A model generated the notes under the pieces. That model saw nothing but the letters and a program-made list of their open reading frames with translations, was not told the origin of the DNA and made no database searches. From a virus, in IMG/VR virus record IMGVR_UViG_3300008216_002531, positions 1 to 64,000 of that record: DNA of 64,000 nucleotides, one strand, 5' to 3'. The translations under genes were made by a program, and so were the position numbers. The first letter of the stretch is position 1, and each line of letters begins with the position of its first letter. Below, in pieces: positions 37,701 through 47,396 of this stretch.

Positions 37701-39294
37701 TGGAGATGTTAAATTTACAGGCATTCCAAAGGCACAGCTTGGAAAAGTCCTAGTGGCTGGTGGCCCTTATGTTACAGATGTTAATGTTACTATTAGTGAT
37801 AGCGATATATCCACAGCTTATACTATGAAAACATGGACTGTCAATTTTGGAAAGCTTTTAAAATACAACGAAGAAAGAATACAATCTGTAGTTAGGGGAA
37901 TCCAAAAGGTAAAGTCAGATCTTAGGGCGCGAATGCCACACTCACAAATACTTGACCCCTCTAAGATTGGATGGAAAGGCGGGCTGTTCCCAACTATTAG
38001 ACCAAATAGATTTGGAGGACCAAACGCTGGAACACCTCACCATTGGATTGTAGGAGAAGGCTTTCAGGATGTCAACGATAAGGGAGACGCCCAAATTAGC
38101 GAGTTCTTTTCCAACGTAGCTATTATGTCTTCAAAAGAAGTTGTAGCTGGCGCTTATCGAACAAACTCTTTAAAGGCCGGTGTGACATTGGACGGTTTAT
38201 TTAGACCGTTTTGTACTTCTTATGATCATATGACTCAGCAAGAGTTAAATACTGCCACTGGGAATGCAACAAAAGATAAATTTAATACTAAGCATTACGA
38301 TATACCCGGTTTTGAAGATGGTAGTACTGGACCCGTGCCAAACGTATCAGATCTTAACCCGTTTACTGATGATGGGCTGGGGAAAGGGCATGATATACAA
38401 GGGATTATCGGCGGGCACGTAGAATATAAGACCCACAAGAGAGATCTCAATAGAAGAAAAAACAAGAAGACTGTTACTGGACCAAATCAGAAGCATGAGA
38501 ATCTTACCGATAAAGAATACAGCAATGAATACAGGAGTATGGGTTTAAGAGGTCCGCTAGTTGTGGTTGGTTGGGGGTATGATGTCGATGGTCTTCCGGT
38601 TCCTTCTGATCCCAACGATGAAACTAAGTTTTTAACCAACCATAAAAAAAGACAGGACTTATGGAAAGCCGGTCCAGTGGATTTAAGATGGGATGATGAT
38701 AAAAAGGTCTGGGTTGCAGGCGCTGGCGGGGGTGGGGCTGGGGATATTTGGCTATCCACAACGGTTAATCCTACTGGTCCTTTAGCTCTGTCGGGGAGTG
38801 TGGGTGGAACAAGGGGCGCAGCTTATTCTGGCTTAGCGGCAGGTTCTATGTATAGCTATTGCAGTGGTGGATGCACTCACGACGCAATTGCCATGTTTAG
38901 GGCTGGCGAAGACCCCATGACCACTACCGCTGGCGGAACCACTGTTCGAAAAAATAGGGCTGTTGAAATTAGACTAGAAGAAATTACAGGGTTTGATGTT
39001 GAAGGCGACGCCCAATATACATCGGGGGGTTGGTTAAATCAACCAATGCCCGCTGGTAGGTCAATATTTACTATCGACACCGGTCGTATATTTACAGACC
39101 CAGTAACGCACAAAAAATTCCCTATACATTGGGTTTTGCAGGCTCAATTTACACAAGTTTCTCTTGTTACATCCGTTTATTGCAAGGTTGATGCAGACGG
39201 TGAATCAAGTTTGATGATATGTACTACTGATTTATGGACAGAGGGTCCAGTAACAACCGAGGCTTGCCCGTTCTCTGGCGTGCAGTGTCCATAG
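34732..39294 (+). CDS. Large tail-tip / baseplate-hub-like protein
   Basis: 1520 aa; F.ASVGWG..STLQVNL and F.GL...Y hub-like N-terminus; position. Confidence 0.6.
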   Translation: MAQRPGPFSPESVGLDSPPQQTPFCGASVVDFNASVGWGSAASTLQVNLIEDDQFVRPFDARVEGYAPIVGGNVDAPLALQAGRYIAEGPSTTGDGSNPDPDGYGVRMVDVARRLEGKPTRAGRSLYTQGDFFWGPSLGAPCYFTFGDRQQLDGTIGWKFNGLCINYQREMSGGGERFQVQLESPVKILEGTQVILGDYYGTTAPQSPYENGIACGIGSYNVINAFGYYEHWNYGGGFGNSGRNEAGMIWHDPTRNGGVLVAIDDILNNWHTRIPNNVFGGPLVYQQHPEKSQASSASVNGVSYKYEIDLSDLRVDKGIGIPRHYRVGAASMSLMALISDVCSASSCDFFVSLEQPDQAQYSRGVYGTIKINVIKRHQNPQSFVIKDAVLTEEKSAGPNTIVSNRLGASLVNNPTAKMVLGGPTTRMVGIHSTFYNQCGSPGIYTYQNHPSLLSFQTLPYSDMDEARIGPPGNQQIYPVFGVWERMVPTINGPDGSVYGGYSTTEGIGSPILSGHQVVSGASADPLANINTLDPLRDFTVTVTQIIDGEPVTSYRPIFDIPIDCGKEGYPDQMLGYPYGPSDPNNPDHPLSGPRAYFTNGMHLASITELRIAATGDQAAWENYISNYNIPVSKNLGGSGDDGGVEGDMSVVADFIFGKTKGGFDAASPFDAHNTSYFAQLKADRLYDGDLEMLIGKVFDKIKSVATEYMGRVFLTGLPFTPPTLSEHIKVECVDEPAAWTGACTPSMQFTEAWEVAESAWVEMGTLGVPNDPKFYDDSGKLKCFVSYAMSAGGAGGIPHDFTSASSEKYQAVPALNTVFMTASPEAKPAKVASGLPDSPTITWMNGYPFVVVRCDPVKYVDPMLIAANKVIRGPQGDRDASATVAAWIFGEGQVDGDVNRDQRWNTGWGSSLARATIDGALMKPVIIAVPQRSNRLLYGPWAEGYKFGATELEFDSNLTPENFGGIANMNVMGQSLAWHTATFGMGHEESGDVKFTGIPKAQLGKVLVAGGPYVTDVNVTISDSDISTAYTMKTWTVNFGKLLKYNEERIQSVVRGIQKVKSDLRARMPHSQILDPSKIGWKGGLFPTIRPNRFGGPNAGTPHHWIVGEGFQDVNDKGDAQISEFFSNVAIMSSKEVVAGAYRTNSLKAGVTLDGLFRPFCTSYDHMTQQELNTATGNATKDKFNTKHYDIPGFEDGSTGPVPNVSDLNPFTDDGLGKGHDIQGIIGGHVEYKTHKRDLNRRKNKKTVTGPNQKHENLTDKEYSNEYRSMGLRGPLVVVGWGYDVDGLPVPSDPNDETKFLTNHKKRQDLWKAGPVDLRWDDDKKVWVAGAGGGGAGDIWLSTTVNPTGPLALSGSVGGTRGAAYSGLAAGSMYSYCSGGCTHDAIAMFRAGEDPMTTTAGGTTVRKNRAVEIRLEEITGFDVEGDAQYTSGGWLNQPMPAGRSIFTIDTGRIFTDPVTHKKFPIHWVLQAQFTQVSLVTSVYCKVDADGESSLMICTTDLWTEGPVTTEACPFSGVQCP

Positions 39295-39306
39295 GAAAGG
39301 ATAGTA

Positions 39307-42300
39307 ATGGCTTGTAAAGGCTTTTCTACATGTTATGGCTATGGCTGTGGTGGTGGCGCCGTAGAGCAAACAGCGGTTGGCTATTCCGACTACCCCATGA
39401 CCACTACCGGTGATTCCGGGCGTGGGCCGCATCCAAAGTGTCAGATTCCGCCCGAAACATTTAGTTTTGAGATTGGCGGATGGCATGGTAGCCTTGAGAT
39501 GGTCGGGGCCATGGGCGAGCTAGATCGTATAAACGTAGGGTGTCAGCACAGTAATTGCTCATGTCCAGACCCAAAGTGCAAGTGCATGAGAACAGATATG
39601 GCGGGTAACACAAATTTTCAAGGGCATATGCAGACAAAGGATTGCCTTGATCAAGGACATTGCATAAACCCGGATATGACAGTTACGGGGTGCTGCGAAG
39701 ATCCTGTCACAGGAGTAAAACCCAATATCAAGACCGGCTTTGGCACGGGGTTGAACCAAGATGAATGCGCGTGTAGAGGGGGTACTTGGAGTTCATGGTG
39801 TGACGCATGGACGCAGGACGAATTAGACACTTGCAATAAATGTGTATCATCTTGCCCTCCTTATAAAATAGGAAACTCAATTGGGTTAGGCTTTGAATAC
39901 AGTCAAGGCTGTTTACAAGCTCCTGTCCCGATAGATGCAGACGGGAATAGATGCTGTTGTTCCGGTGATAGTCCTATATGCGATAGTTGCCCCAACCACT
40001 GTGTGGTATGGCAAGGGCACACAGAGAACACTTGTGGTCCCCCCGTTTTATATTGCGACGAGGATAGTTGCGGGCCGGAAAGAAAGCCGAACAATCTTGG
40101 TTATGGCGTCACTATTCCTTGGGAACTAACTTTAGTTTGTATCGCTCCAGCCAAGACTGCTCATGGCCATCTTCAATATCCTCCAGATTACGGTTCTTGG
40201 CTTTTGCATGTTGTGGCTTGGAGGCCCGTTGAAGACAATGTGCTGGGAACTGAGCCTTGTAGACAGTGGACATTTGGCAATAAACACGGCGTGGCAAGCG
40301 ACGATGGCTTTTTGGATCTGGGATCTGCGTGTAAGGATGGCTCATGGACAATAAGCGTGGATATTCCTGTGCAGCCCGACGAAATAAAAACTAGTTGTGG
40401 TTGTGAATGCCCATGCCGAGAACAAATTACCAATGTATTTGATGGTGAGGAATGCGATTGTTTCAAACCAGATTGCGTTACTGATGGTTTTGAATGTCTT
40501 CATGGTACTAAAGAGCCTCCAGATTGTGATGCTAGTTGTCTGGAGCCTATACCCGCTTGCCCAGCGGCGAATGCTTTATGGGCGGGTTTACAAGCCCCAC
40601 ATCAGTATTGTAATGATGGAAAAGGGAATAAACCCGAACTCATGGGGATGATCGAGAATCTATGTCAGGCGTGTTGCAAACCCTGCAATGAGTTTTGCGA
40701 AGACCAGTGTGTATGTGAAGAAGCACAAGCCAAGGTTGGTCCTTCGTCTATCTGCGGAACAAAAACCCTTAGTAATAGAAATATTGCTGGTCATGGGTGT
40801 TCTAAAGACCCTAAGCCATCTTTCCCCGGCTCGACTAGCACTCCAAAAGAGGGTGACTGTTGTAATCACCACTACGGTACTCCCACAGGCGAGACATCAC
40901 TCCATACGGATTGTATATGGGAAAGTTATTATGAGTGTGGATGTCTTTCGGAAGATGAGGCTAATGGAGGAACAATACAACTTACAATTCAGGCTAATGC
41001 GCAACGTGGCTCGACCATTACCACGCTTTCTCACTATGAAGATCAGAATGGAAACTCAGGCACGGGATTAGGTTTTACCCCAGTAGGCAGTGATACACCC
41101 GGAAAAACAATAAATGAGTGTGGAGCGGTGGATGCCATTTGTGATCTTTCACTTAAACATCCTGATACGGATGGATGTCGGTATACAAAATGGCCAGATC
41201 CATCATGTGAAACTCCGCTTCCTCCCCCCGACATAAGAGAAGGGGTTAGATGTCCTAACTCATTAGTGTGGGAACAACCTACTTATGGATATCAATGCAC
41301 TTTGCCGGGTGGATCTAACAATGGAGCAATGGGTGCAGATTTTCCTGTTAAGCCGGGCCTTTGTCTTAATGCTCGCCCCGAACGTTGGCACTTAAGACCA
41401 CAATTTACTCATCCACATCTTTGGGCTATCTGCCACAAACCCGGCCCCGGAGAACCCGCCCCGCCATGTGATCAACCAGCGGACAGAGATGCTGAGTGTG
41501 TTGAGCATCCAGAAGTTACCAGATTTGTAGCCGACATAGGTAATATTCATGGGACTATAGGAGAGTGTAATATCTATTGCGAGGGATGGTGGGAAGTTGT
41601 AGTAGATTGCTTCAGAGCGTGGACATTAGATTTGTGCGAAGCCTGCTTGGGGGATTGTTGGACTGACGCCAAGATAGTAGGGGCCAAACCTTGGTGTTGT
41701 GGGCATTGTGATGAAGGAGATCATTCTAGCGACTGGGGCTGTGACGGAAAGTGGCCCGGAATTTTCCCATTTTTGTATTATCATCCACCTGAAGATATAT
41801 TTTGTCCGTATGGAGAATATTTTCCAGCTATAAGCTGTCCTACTGTGCCCAATTCTCCAGCAGCTACTATGCTTGGTCAATCAGGACAGTTATATTATCC
41901 CGGTAATATTACTAAAAAGTGGACCTCTTGTTGTGGTAATCAGCCAGCGGGCTGTGAATGCTGTTATCCGTGTGGACACCCAGCCTACGATCCTACCTGT
42001 CGGATAAGAAACTTAATTAGTGGAAATATTTGTGATATTTGTTGGGAGTGCATGTGTAATAATAGTAAGTCCGAGGGAATTAATGCTAATCAAGTTTATA
42101 TGTCCAACGACTGTCCAAACGGTTGCCAGCAACCAGATTGGCCAGCGCCACCTGCTTCTTTGACAACAGGGACTATTCAGTGTAGTAGTGGTATGGATGT
42201 GGTATTTGCTATTGATATCACCGGCAGCATGGTGAGCCAAGTTGAAGCCATTAGAGCAGATGTTGACAGATATGTAAATATTATTGACGAGGCTTCCGAT

Positions 42301-45300
42301 GGTAATTACAGGCTTGGCTTGGTAACTTTCAAAGAAGACTCAGCCGATACGATCACGCACACCTCTTTGGGTTATGAAAACGCTATATCTTTTGAGCAAG
42401 CCCTAGATTCTCTTGAGCCTGCCGGTGGTAGCGGCTCTCTAGCAGAGGCTCATGTCGATGGTGTTCGGTCGATTCTTGATGGAGATGTTGGAAGTTGGAT
42501 CGAGAAGGAAGATCATCGTAAGATTATTATTGTTATGACAGATGTTGAGCCGAATGAGGGTTATGAAGCAGCAGATGTGCAAGCTCAACGCGCTAAAGAG
42601 CAGGGCGTTATAATAAGCTCTATTCTTTTCATTCCTATCTCCGGCGAGGATGAAGACGAGGCTGCACGATCTCTTGAAAATTATGCAACAGTTACCGGTG
42701 GTGTATTTGGAAAATCTACCGCGAGGGGCACTGGGGACGCAATTCAACATTCTCTTTCTATGTGTCAGGGTGTAACCTTAGCCGCCACCTCTTCAGCCGG
42801 TGGGGGCGAACCCACCGGACAGTGCATTCAGGTTGTCCAAGACGGCGGTGGAGAGGTTGCGGGTTGTGGACAATTTATGCAAGAGATGGGAGACATACCA
42901 GAAACGTGTCCTGCCCCCATCTACTGTCCAGAGGGTCTTATTCCGTACAACAAATATGGAGGCGGATATTGCCATGAAGGCGATTTTTGTTGTCAATGCT
43001 TGAGAGAAAAGAGCCATTGGCTCGCCGTACCGGCCACGAGGCGAATTGGCCCCACAACGAACCAGCTTGGTTGGAAGTTAGGAGCACCCGTCCTGTATGA
43101 TATGGCTTGGTATCCTCTTAAAGAAGCCGTGTGTATACTAGAGCCGTGCGGGATGGGAGAATCTGGAGAGGGTGAACAACCCGGTGGTGGCCCCGGAGAG
43201 CCGCCTGTTTTGTATGATAAAGGATCTATAAAAGTTTCTGTGACCCTAATGAGAGAGGGGACTTCTACAGAAGTAGGCGAAGCCTTAAAAATACACGATC
43301 ATCAATCTACAGGAGAAATTATTGGCGTTACTGGAAAGGGACAACCTGTTAAAATTACTTCCAGAATACAGGTTGGTCAACTAGAGATTAACCTAGCTCC
43401 GGGGGATCCTGTTTTTATAGGGATTATGAATGACACCCAAGGCAAGCCGTTTGGCTCTAAGGTGGGGGGCAATAATGCAGCTAATGGGCAATTTGTAGTT
43501 CTTGCTGTTTCTGGAAATGAGTTTACTATAGCGTTACCCGGTGGTGGACCGGTAATAGGCGATGGCGATTGGACGGATGGTGGCACTTGGCATTATTACG
43601 ACCCCAATGATGCTGGTGCTAGTTGCACTGGCCCACATCAACAATGTGCGTATAGTTTTGAGTTTGATCGGGGTGGTGTAAACGTTGGGACTTCTCCAAA
43701 AGTACTTCCCGAAGCTTTGTTTATTGAGTGTGTAGAGGAAGCGTTTGTTGAATGGTCTAATATCTTAGAAAGCCTATGGTCTCCTCGCGCAGATTACACC
43801 GCTACAGGTAGAAGACATGGTAGTTGGGCCAGTGGCGGTTCGTCACCTTCGGATCCTCAACATCCATTCCCCGGTAGTCACAATATAAATCCCGGCCTGA
43901 CCCCCCAAGGATCGCCGGGACCACAAGCCAACAGCCACCAGTTGAGAGCTAGATTTATAAATCTAGGCCATGAACCAGCCATTAGTAATGAGGTTCCTAG
44001 TAATAAAGTAGATCGATATAACGTTGCAGAATGGAGCAGGGCGACCAACTACCCACTGGTTGGTAGGTGTGTTACAAGGCTTCCCGGTGGAGATACAGCG
44101 GGTGGCGTAGTCCCAGAAAGAAGATGGGAAAACATGGCTTCTTGTATAACAAACGGGCATTGTTATGCTAAAGGCTGTTCTGCCAATGATATGAGAGCTA
44201 CCTCTGTGCAGCTATCTAGTAGTAATAAGTGCGAGGAAATGGCTCATGCCGCCAGTGGAACGTCCTACGACAACCCCAAAGACTGCTTATCGACAAAATA
44301 CTATGCATGTCTTACTCACCCAAAAATAGAAGTCCTGCGATGGATTTCAGGGGAAGCGTTTGGGGATCCAGTAGATTCCGACGCCGATGGCGCTGCGGAT
44401 TTGTTTCCAGACGTACCTTTGAGGTGGTATCTAGATCCAAAATATGTGCGAGAAGATATCGGAGACGAAGATTGTTGTAATCACGTAGATGGTTATTGGG
44501 AGGAGATTGAAGGGGACTGGTCTTCTGACTTTGGAAATGGACAGGGGATATTTAATCCCGGTTTTTCAGAATTATTTCCGTGCATACCGAAAAGTGCAGA
44601 GTGTTGTCAAGGCACGGTTTCTTGCGTGTCTCCAGCGGGAGATCATTTTCTCACCCCGACCAACACTTATGTTCCCTCCTCATGTTGTAAAGAGTATGAG
44701 CAGAAATACGGCCAATGTCTTGGTGACTATAATTTAGATGGCATTATGGATGAGATGGCGGGGTGTGACTACGACTGTTGTGGGTTTGGACTCGCTGGCT
44801 GGTGTGTCGACAAAAACGACCCCAATAACATATATTGGTCTACTGCAAGTTGTCCCGGTTGCGGAGGTAAAGACGCTTGCGATAAAGGAAGCGGATTAGC
44901 CCGTCGAGGATGCACAGAAACATTGTCAGTATGCGGCGATGGCAAACCGACAACCGTTGGAACAGATGCTCAAACTTGCGCACCATTGCGATGGCAACAG
45001 ACCCAGAGAGTCCTTAAAAATGATATCGGCACAGCGGGAAGTTTCGAAATAGCATTAAGATTCCCCGGTTCAAATATTGGAGACCCCCTTGAGAGAACTG
45101 ACTGTGATCTTACTGATTCACTCCTGTTTGCAGTAGGGGACTTTATAAAAATTGGCAATGAGTATATGGAGGTTACTTCTTCTAATCTTACCACCAACAA
45201 ACTGTCTGTGACTAGGGGTGTTGGTGGGTTTGGCGCGGATCCGTCGTCATCCTTTCGAACAGGACACTCGGCAGGAGACAGCATTTATCTCTGGCTAAAT

Positions 45301-47361
45301 GATACCCCCGGCACAGAAAACTGCGATGATGTTGCCCACTGTGTAGACAATGACGGCTATCTAATTGGCGACGCTAACGAAGGAATTGGTTATTTCCCGA
45401 TAGATAATAGAAGCTTATATCATCTTTGTCGAGACGGAGATCGACGGTCAGTATATTCTGATACATGTGGTACTGGGGGATCGTGTTGGATAGCGGGAGA
45501 AGCTGGAACAGGATCTTCTAGAGGAGTCCCCATTGGAATATCTAGCCTATATAATAGCGTCTCTTCTAGTGATACGATAATAACCATAACAGAAATTGAC
45601 AACACTGGAAATCTTTTTGTTGACGACGGGAATGATGTTCATAATCCTAGTATTATAGCTACGCCGGAAAAATTTAAGCTGAAGATTGGCGACATTATTA
45701 GAATTGAAGCTGAAAACATGGAAGTTGTTGCGGTTAGAAAAACTTCTGAATTTCACGCTAGTGTTAAAGGTGATTGTACCGCTGACGTTAAACTCAACGG
45801 TTTATTTGGAGCGCCAACCAACGGTGTTCCTGAATGCGAATTTATCGATTGTGATGGGGGTGATCGACAGACCGATTGTAGACATTGGTACAGAAAAGAT
45901 CATGATCAGGCGATTGGTTGGTCAAACTGCATCGGAGCGCCTCTTGGCGACATAGAATGGCCAGACAAGATTGTGTCTCTCTATGAGATAACAGTTAGAA
46001 GAGGAGAAGATGGTACTTCGGCAGTCGATCATGATGCCAATAAATGGGTAAGAAAAAAATACGGCAACGTTATTAATGATTGCAGACAATGTGAAGATAA
46101 TTTGATGGGTACTGCTTATCGACACGAATGGGTCGGAACCGGAACCGCTGGGCCGACTAACCCAGCCGGTTCTATATGGCGTCGTGCCCGATGGTATCCT
46201 AAATTTGATTGGACGGCCAACATTTGGGAGGCTAAGATATCGCTCGACACACCTTTCTATGGGAAGACCGGAGGCGAGTGTTTAGAATGGCCAGAAAAAG
46301 ACGATTGTTGTCCGAGAATTGGTCAGGTAAGAGTAGGGATGGTAAATTGGTACGACGCCCTGAGAGAAAGATGGGCCAATGAAGGCAAGGGGCAGTGTTA
46401 TGATTGTAATACGGGGGTTATTATTGGAAACCAAACTAAATTTGGGCCAAACAGTGTGGAGCTACATGGAGAATGTCTACGGTATAATGAAGACAGGTAT
46501 GATAAACTCTTAATAGGTTCTACGTCTGATTCTCAGGACGATTGCCTTGATTTGAATTGCAACCAGCCATTAAATAGTTGTGGTGGCGTGTGCATAAATA
46601 GCCAAAATCAAGAGATTACGACTTATACCACTGAAGAAGATTGTATATCCAACAATCTAATATGGGCGACTTGGACGTGGAGCGCTTATGTTAATAAAGA
46701 CGTTTGTAATAATGCTGGACACTGTTGGGATTATAGAGATCCCCCGCTAGTTCCCGCAAGTGGAAATCCATTTGCTTGTGGGTATATGGGTGGGATGAAA
46801 TGTATGAGGCAACTCCCAGATGGGGTTTGGGTAAGTTGCTTACCGAGGGCTGGTGCGCCATATGGAAAAGCTAATAATATGATTGGTGTTGATCGTGATC
46901 TTGAGTTAATGTATCCCGAATTGGGCAAAAACTGCGTAGGTTTTCGCCCGCAGGTTGGCGGCAATGTTATTCCGGCGCAACCCGGAGGAGGAGATCCTCC
47001 AGACGCTCCTTCTACTGGTGGGGAGCCGTGCAAATGTATAACAGAAGGTAAAGAAGGCATAGCGGGAGATCTGTATATTGACAGTTCTGTAAAATGGCGC
47101 CCAGACTGGGTTCCAGAATACGATAAGCCGGGAGCTTACAGTATTAAAAGGGTTCTCATGAAACAAATTGGGCATATGTTGGGATTGCCAGCAGGACAGG
47201 ATGTGATGGGTCCAATAACAGGCCCAGCAGACGATGCTGTGCCAATAGGGCGTTCTACTTACAATAAGTTAGTTGAAATGTATGAGCCTAGGTGGTGGAA
47301 TAGGGGTGGAAGAAATGATTACTGGTGGGTTTCTGGAGTATACGCTGGGGATTTTAAGTAG
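39307..47361 (+). CDS. Giant Cys-rich multidomain virion protein (vWA domain, fibre repeats, degenerate metzincin)
   Basis: 2684 aa; vWA DVVFAIDITGSM..IIIVMTD at about 42193-42760; KQIGHMLGL..VMGP near the C-terminus. Confidence 0.75.
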   Translation: MACKGFSTCYGYGCGGGAVEQTAVGYSDYPMTTTGDSGRGPHPKCQIPPETFSFEIGGWHGSLEMVGAMGELDRINVGCQHSNCSCPDPKCKCMRTDMAGNTNFQGHMQTKDCLDQGHCINPDMTVTGCCEDPVTGVKPNIKTGFGTGLNQDECACRGGTWSSWCDAWTQDELDTCNKCVSSCPPYKIGNSIGLGFEYSQGCLQAPVPIDADGNRCCCSGDSPICDSCPNHCVVWQGHTENTCGPPVLYCDEDSCGPERKPNNLGYGVTIPWELTLVCIAPAKTAHGHLQYPPDYGSWLLHVVAWRPVEDNVLGTEPCRQWTFGNKHGVASDDGFLDLGSACKDGSWTISVDIPVQPDEIKTSCGCECPCREQITNVFDGEECDCFKPDCVTDGFECLHGTKEPPDCDASCLEPIPACPAANALWAGLQAPHQYCNDGKGNKPELMGMIENLCQACCKPCNEFCEDQCVCEEAQAKVGPSSICGTKTLSNRNIAGHGCSKDPKPSFPGSTSTPKEGDCCNHHYGTPTGETSLHTDCIWESYYECGCLSEDEANGGTIQLTIQANAQRGSTITTLSHYEDQNGNSGTGLGFTPVGSDTPGKTINECGAVDAICDLSLKHPDTDGCRYTKWPDPSCETPLPPPDIREGVRCPNSLVWEQPTYGYQCTLPGGSNNGAMGADFPVKPGLCLNARPERWHLRPQFTHPHLWAICHKPGPGEPAPPCDQPADRDAECVEHPEVTRFVADIGNIHGTIGECNIYCEGWWEVVVDCFRAWTLDLCEACLGDCWTDAKIVGAKPWCCGHCDEGDHSSDWGCDGKWPGIFPFLYYHPPEDIFCPYGEYFPAISCPTVPNSPAATMLGQSGQLYYPGNITKKWTSCCGNQPAGCECCYPCGHPAYDPTCRIRNLISGNICDICWECMCNNSKSEGINANQVYMSNDCPNGCQQPDWPAPPASLTTGTIQCSSGMDVVFAIDITGSMVSQVEAIRADVDRYVNIIDEASDGNYRLGLVTFKEDSADTITHTSLGYENAISFEQALDSLEPAGGSGSLAEAHVDGVRSILDGDVGSWIEKEDHRKIIIVMTDVEPNEGYEAADVQAQRAKEQGVIISSILFIPISGEDEDEAARSLENYATVTGGVFGKSTARGTGDAIQHSLSMCQGVTLAATSSAGGGEPTGQCIQVVQDGGGEVAGCGQFMQEMGDIPETCPAPIYCPEGLIPYNKYGGGYCHEGDFCCQCLREKSHWLAVPATRRIGPTTNQLGWKLGAPVLYDMAWYPLKEAVCILEPCGMGESGEGEQPGGGPGEPPVLYDKGSIKVSVTLMREGTSTEVGEALKIHDHQSTGEIIGVTGKGQPVKITSRIQVGQLEINLAPGDPVFIGIMNDTQGKPFGSKVGGNNAANGQFVVLAVSGNEFTIALPGGGPVIGDGDWTDGGTWHYYDPNDAGASCTGPHQQCAYSFEFDRGGVNVGTSPKVLPEALFIECVEEAFVEWSNILESLWSPRADYTATGRRHGSWASGGSSPSDPQHPFPGSHNINPGLTPQGSPGPQANSHQLRARFINLGHEPAISNEVPSNKVDRYNVAEWSRATNYPLVGRCVTRLPGGDTAGGVVPERRWENMASCITNGHCYAKGCSANDMRATSVQLSSSNKCEEMAHAASGTSYDNPKDCLSTKYYACLTHPKIEVLRWISGEAFGDPVDSDADGAADLFPDVPLRWYLDPKYVREDIGDEDCCNHVDGYWEEIEGDWSSDFGNGQGIFNPGFSELFPCIPKSAECCQGTVSCVSPAGDHFLTPTNTYVPSSCCKEYEQKYGQCLGDYNLDGIMDEMAGCDYDCCGFGLAGWCVDKNDPNNIYWSTASCPGCGGKDACDKGSGLARRGCTETLSVCGDGKPTTVGTDAQTCAPLRWQQTQRVLKNDIGTAGSFEIALRFPGSNIGDPLERTDCDLTDSLLFAVGDFIKIGNEYMEVTSSNLTTNKLSVTRGVGGFGADPSSSFRTGHSAGDSIYLWLNDTPGTENCDDVAHCVDNDGYLIGDANEGIGYFPIDNRSLYHLCRDGDRRSVYSDTCGTGGSCWIAGEAGTGSSRGVPIGISSLYNSVSSSDTIITITEIDNTGNLFVDDGNDVHNPSIIATPEKFKLKIGDIIRIEAENMEVVAVRKTSEFHASVKGDCTADVKLNGLFGAPTNGVPECEFIDCDGGDRQTDCRHWYRKDHDQAIGWSNCIGAPLGDIEWPDKIVSLYEITVRRGEDGTSAVDHDANKWVRKKYGNVINDCRQCEDNLMGTAYRHEWVGTGTAGPTNPAGSIWRRARWYPKFDWTANIWEAKISLDTPFYGKTGGECLEWPEKDDCCPRIGQVRVGMVNWYDALRERWANEGKGQCYDCNTGVIIGNQTKFGPNSVELHGECLRYNEDRYDKLLIGSTSDSQDDCLDLNCNQPLNSCGGVCINSQNQEITTYTTEEDCISNNLIWATWTWSAYVNKDVCNNAGHCWDYRDPPLVPASGNPFACGYMGGMKCMRQLPDGVWVSCLPRAGAPYGKANNMIGVDRDLELMYPELGKNCVGFRPQVGGNVIPAQPGGGDPPDAPSTGGEPCKCITEGKEGIAGDLYIDSSVKWRPDWVPEYDKPGAYSIKRVLMKQIGHMLGLPAGQDVMGPITGPADDAVPIGRSTYNKLVEMYEPRWWNRGGRNDYWWVSGVYAGDFK

Positions 47362-47396
47362 ATGGACGGTATGATAGTACGGGAGGATGTGCAAAT

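Noticed and set aside
39559-47175. Short alternative-frame ORFs inside the giant Cys-rich gene
   Set aside because: Fully nested, with no RBS or motif support.
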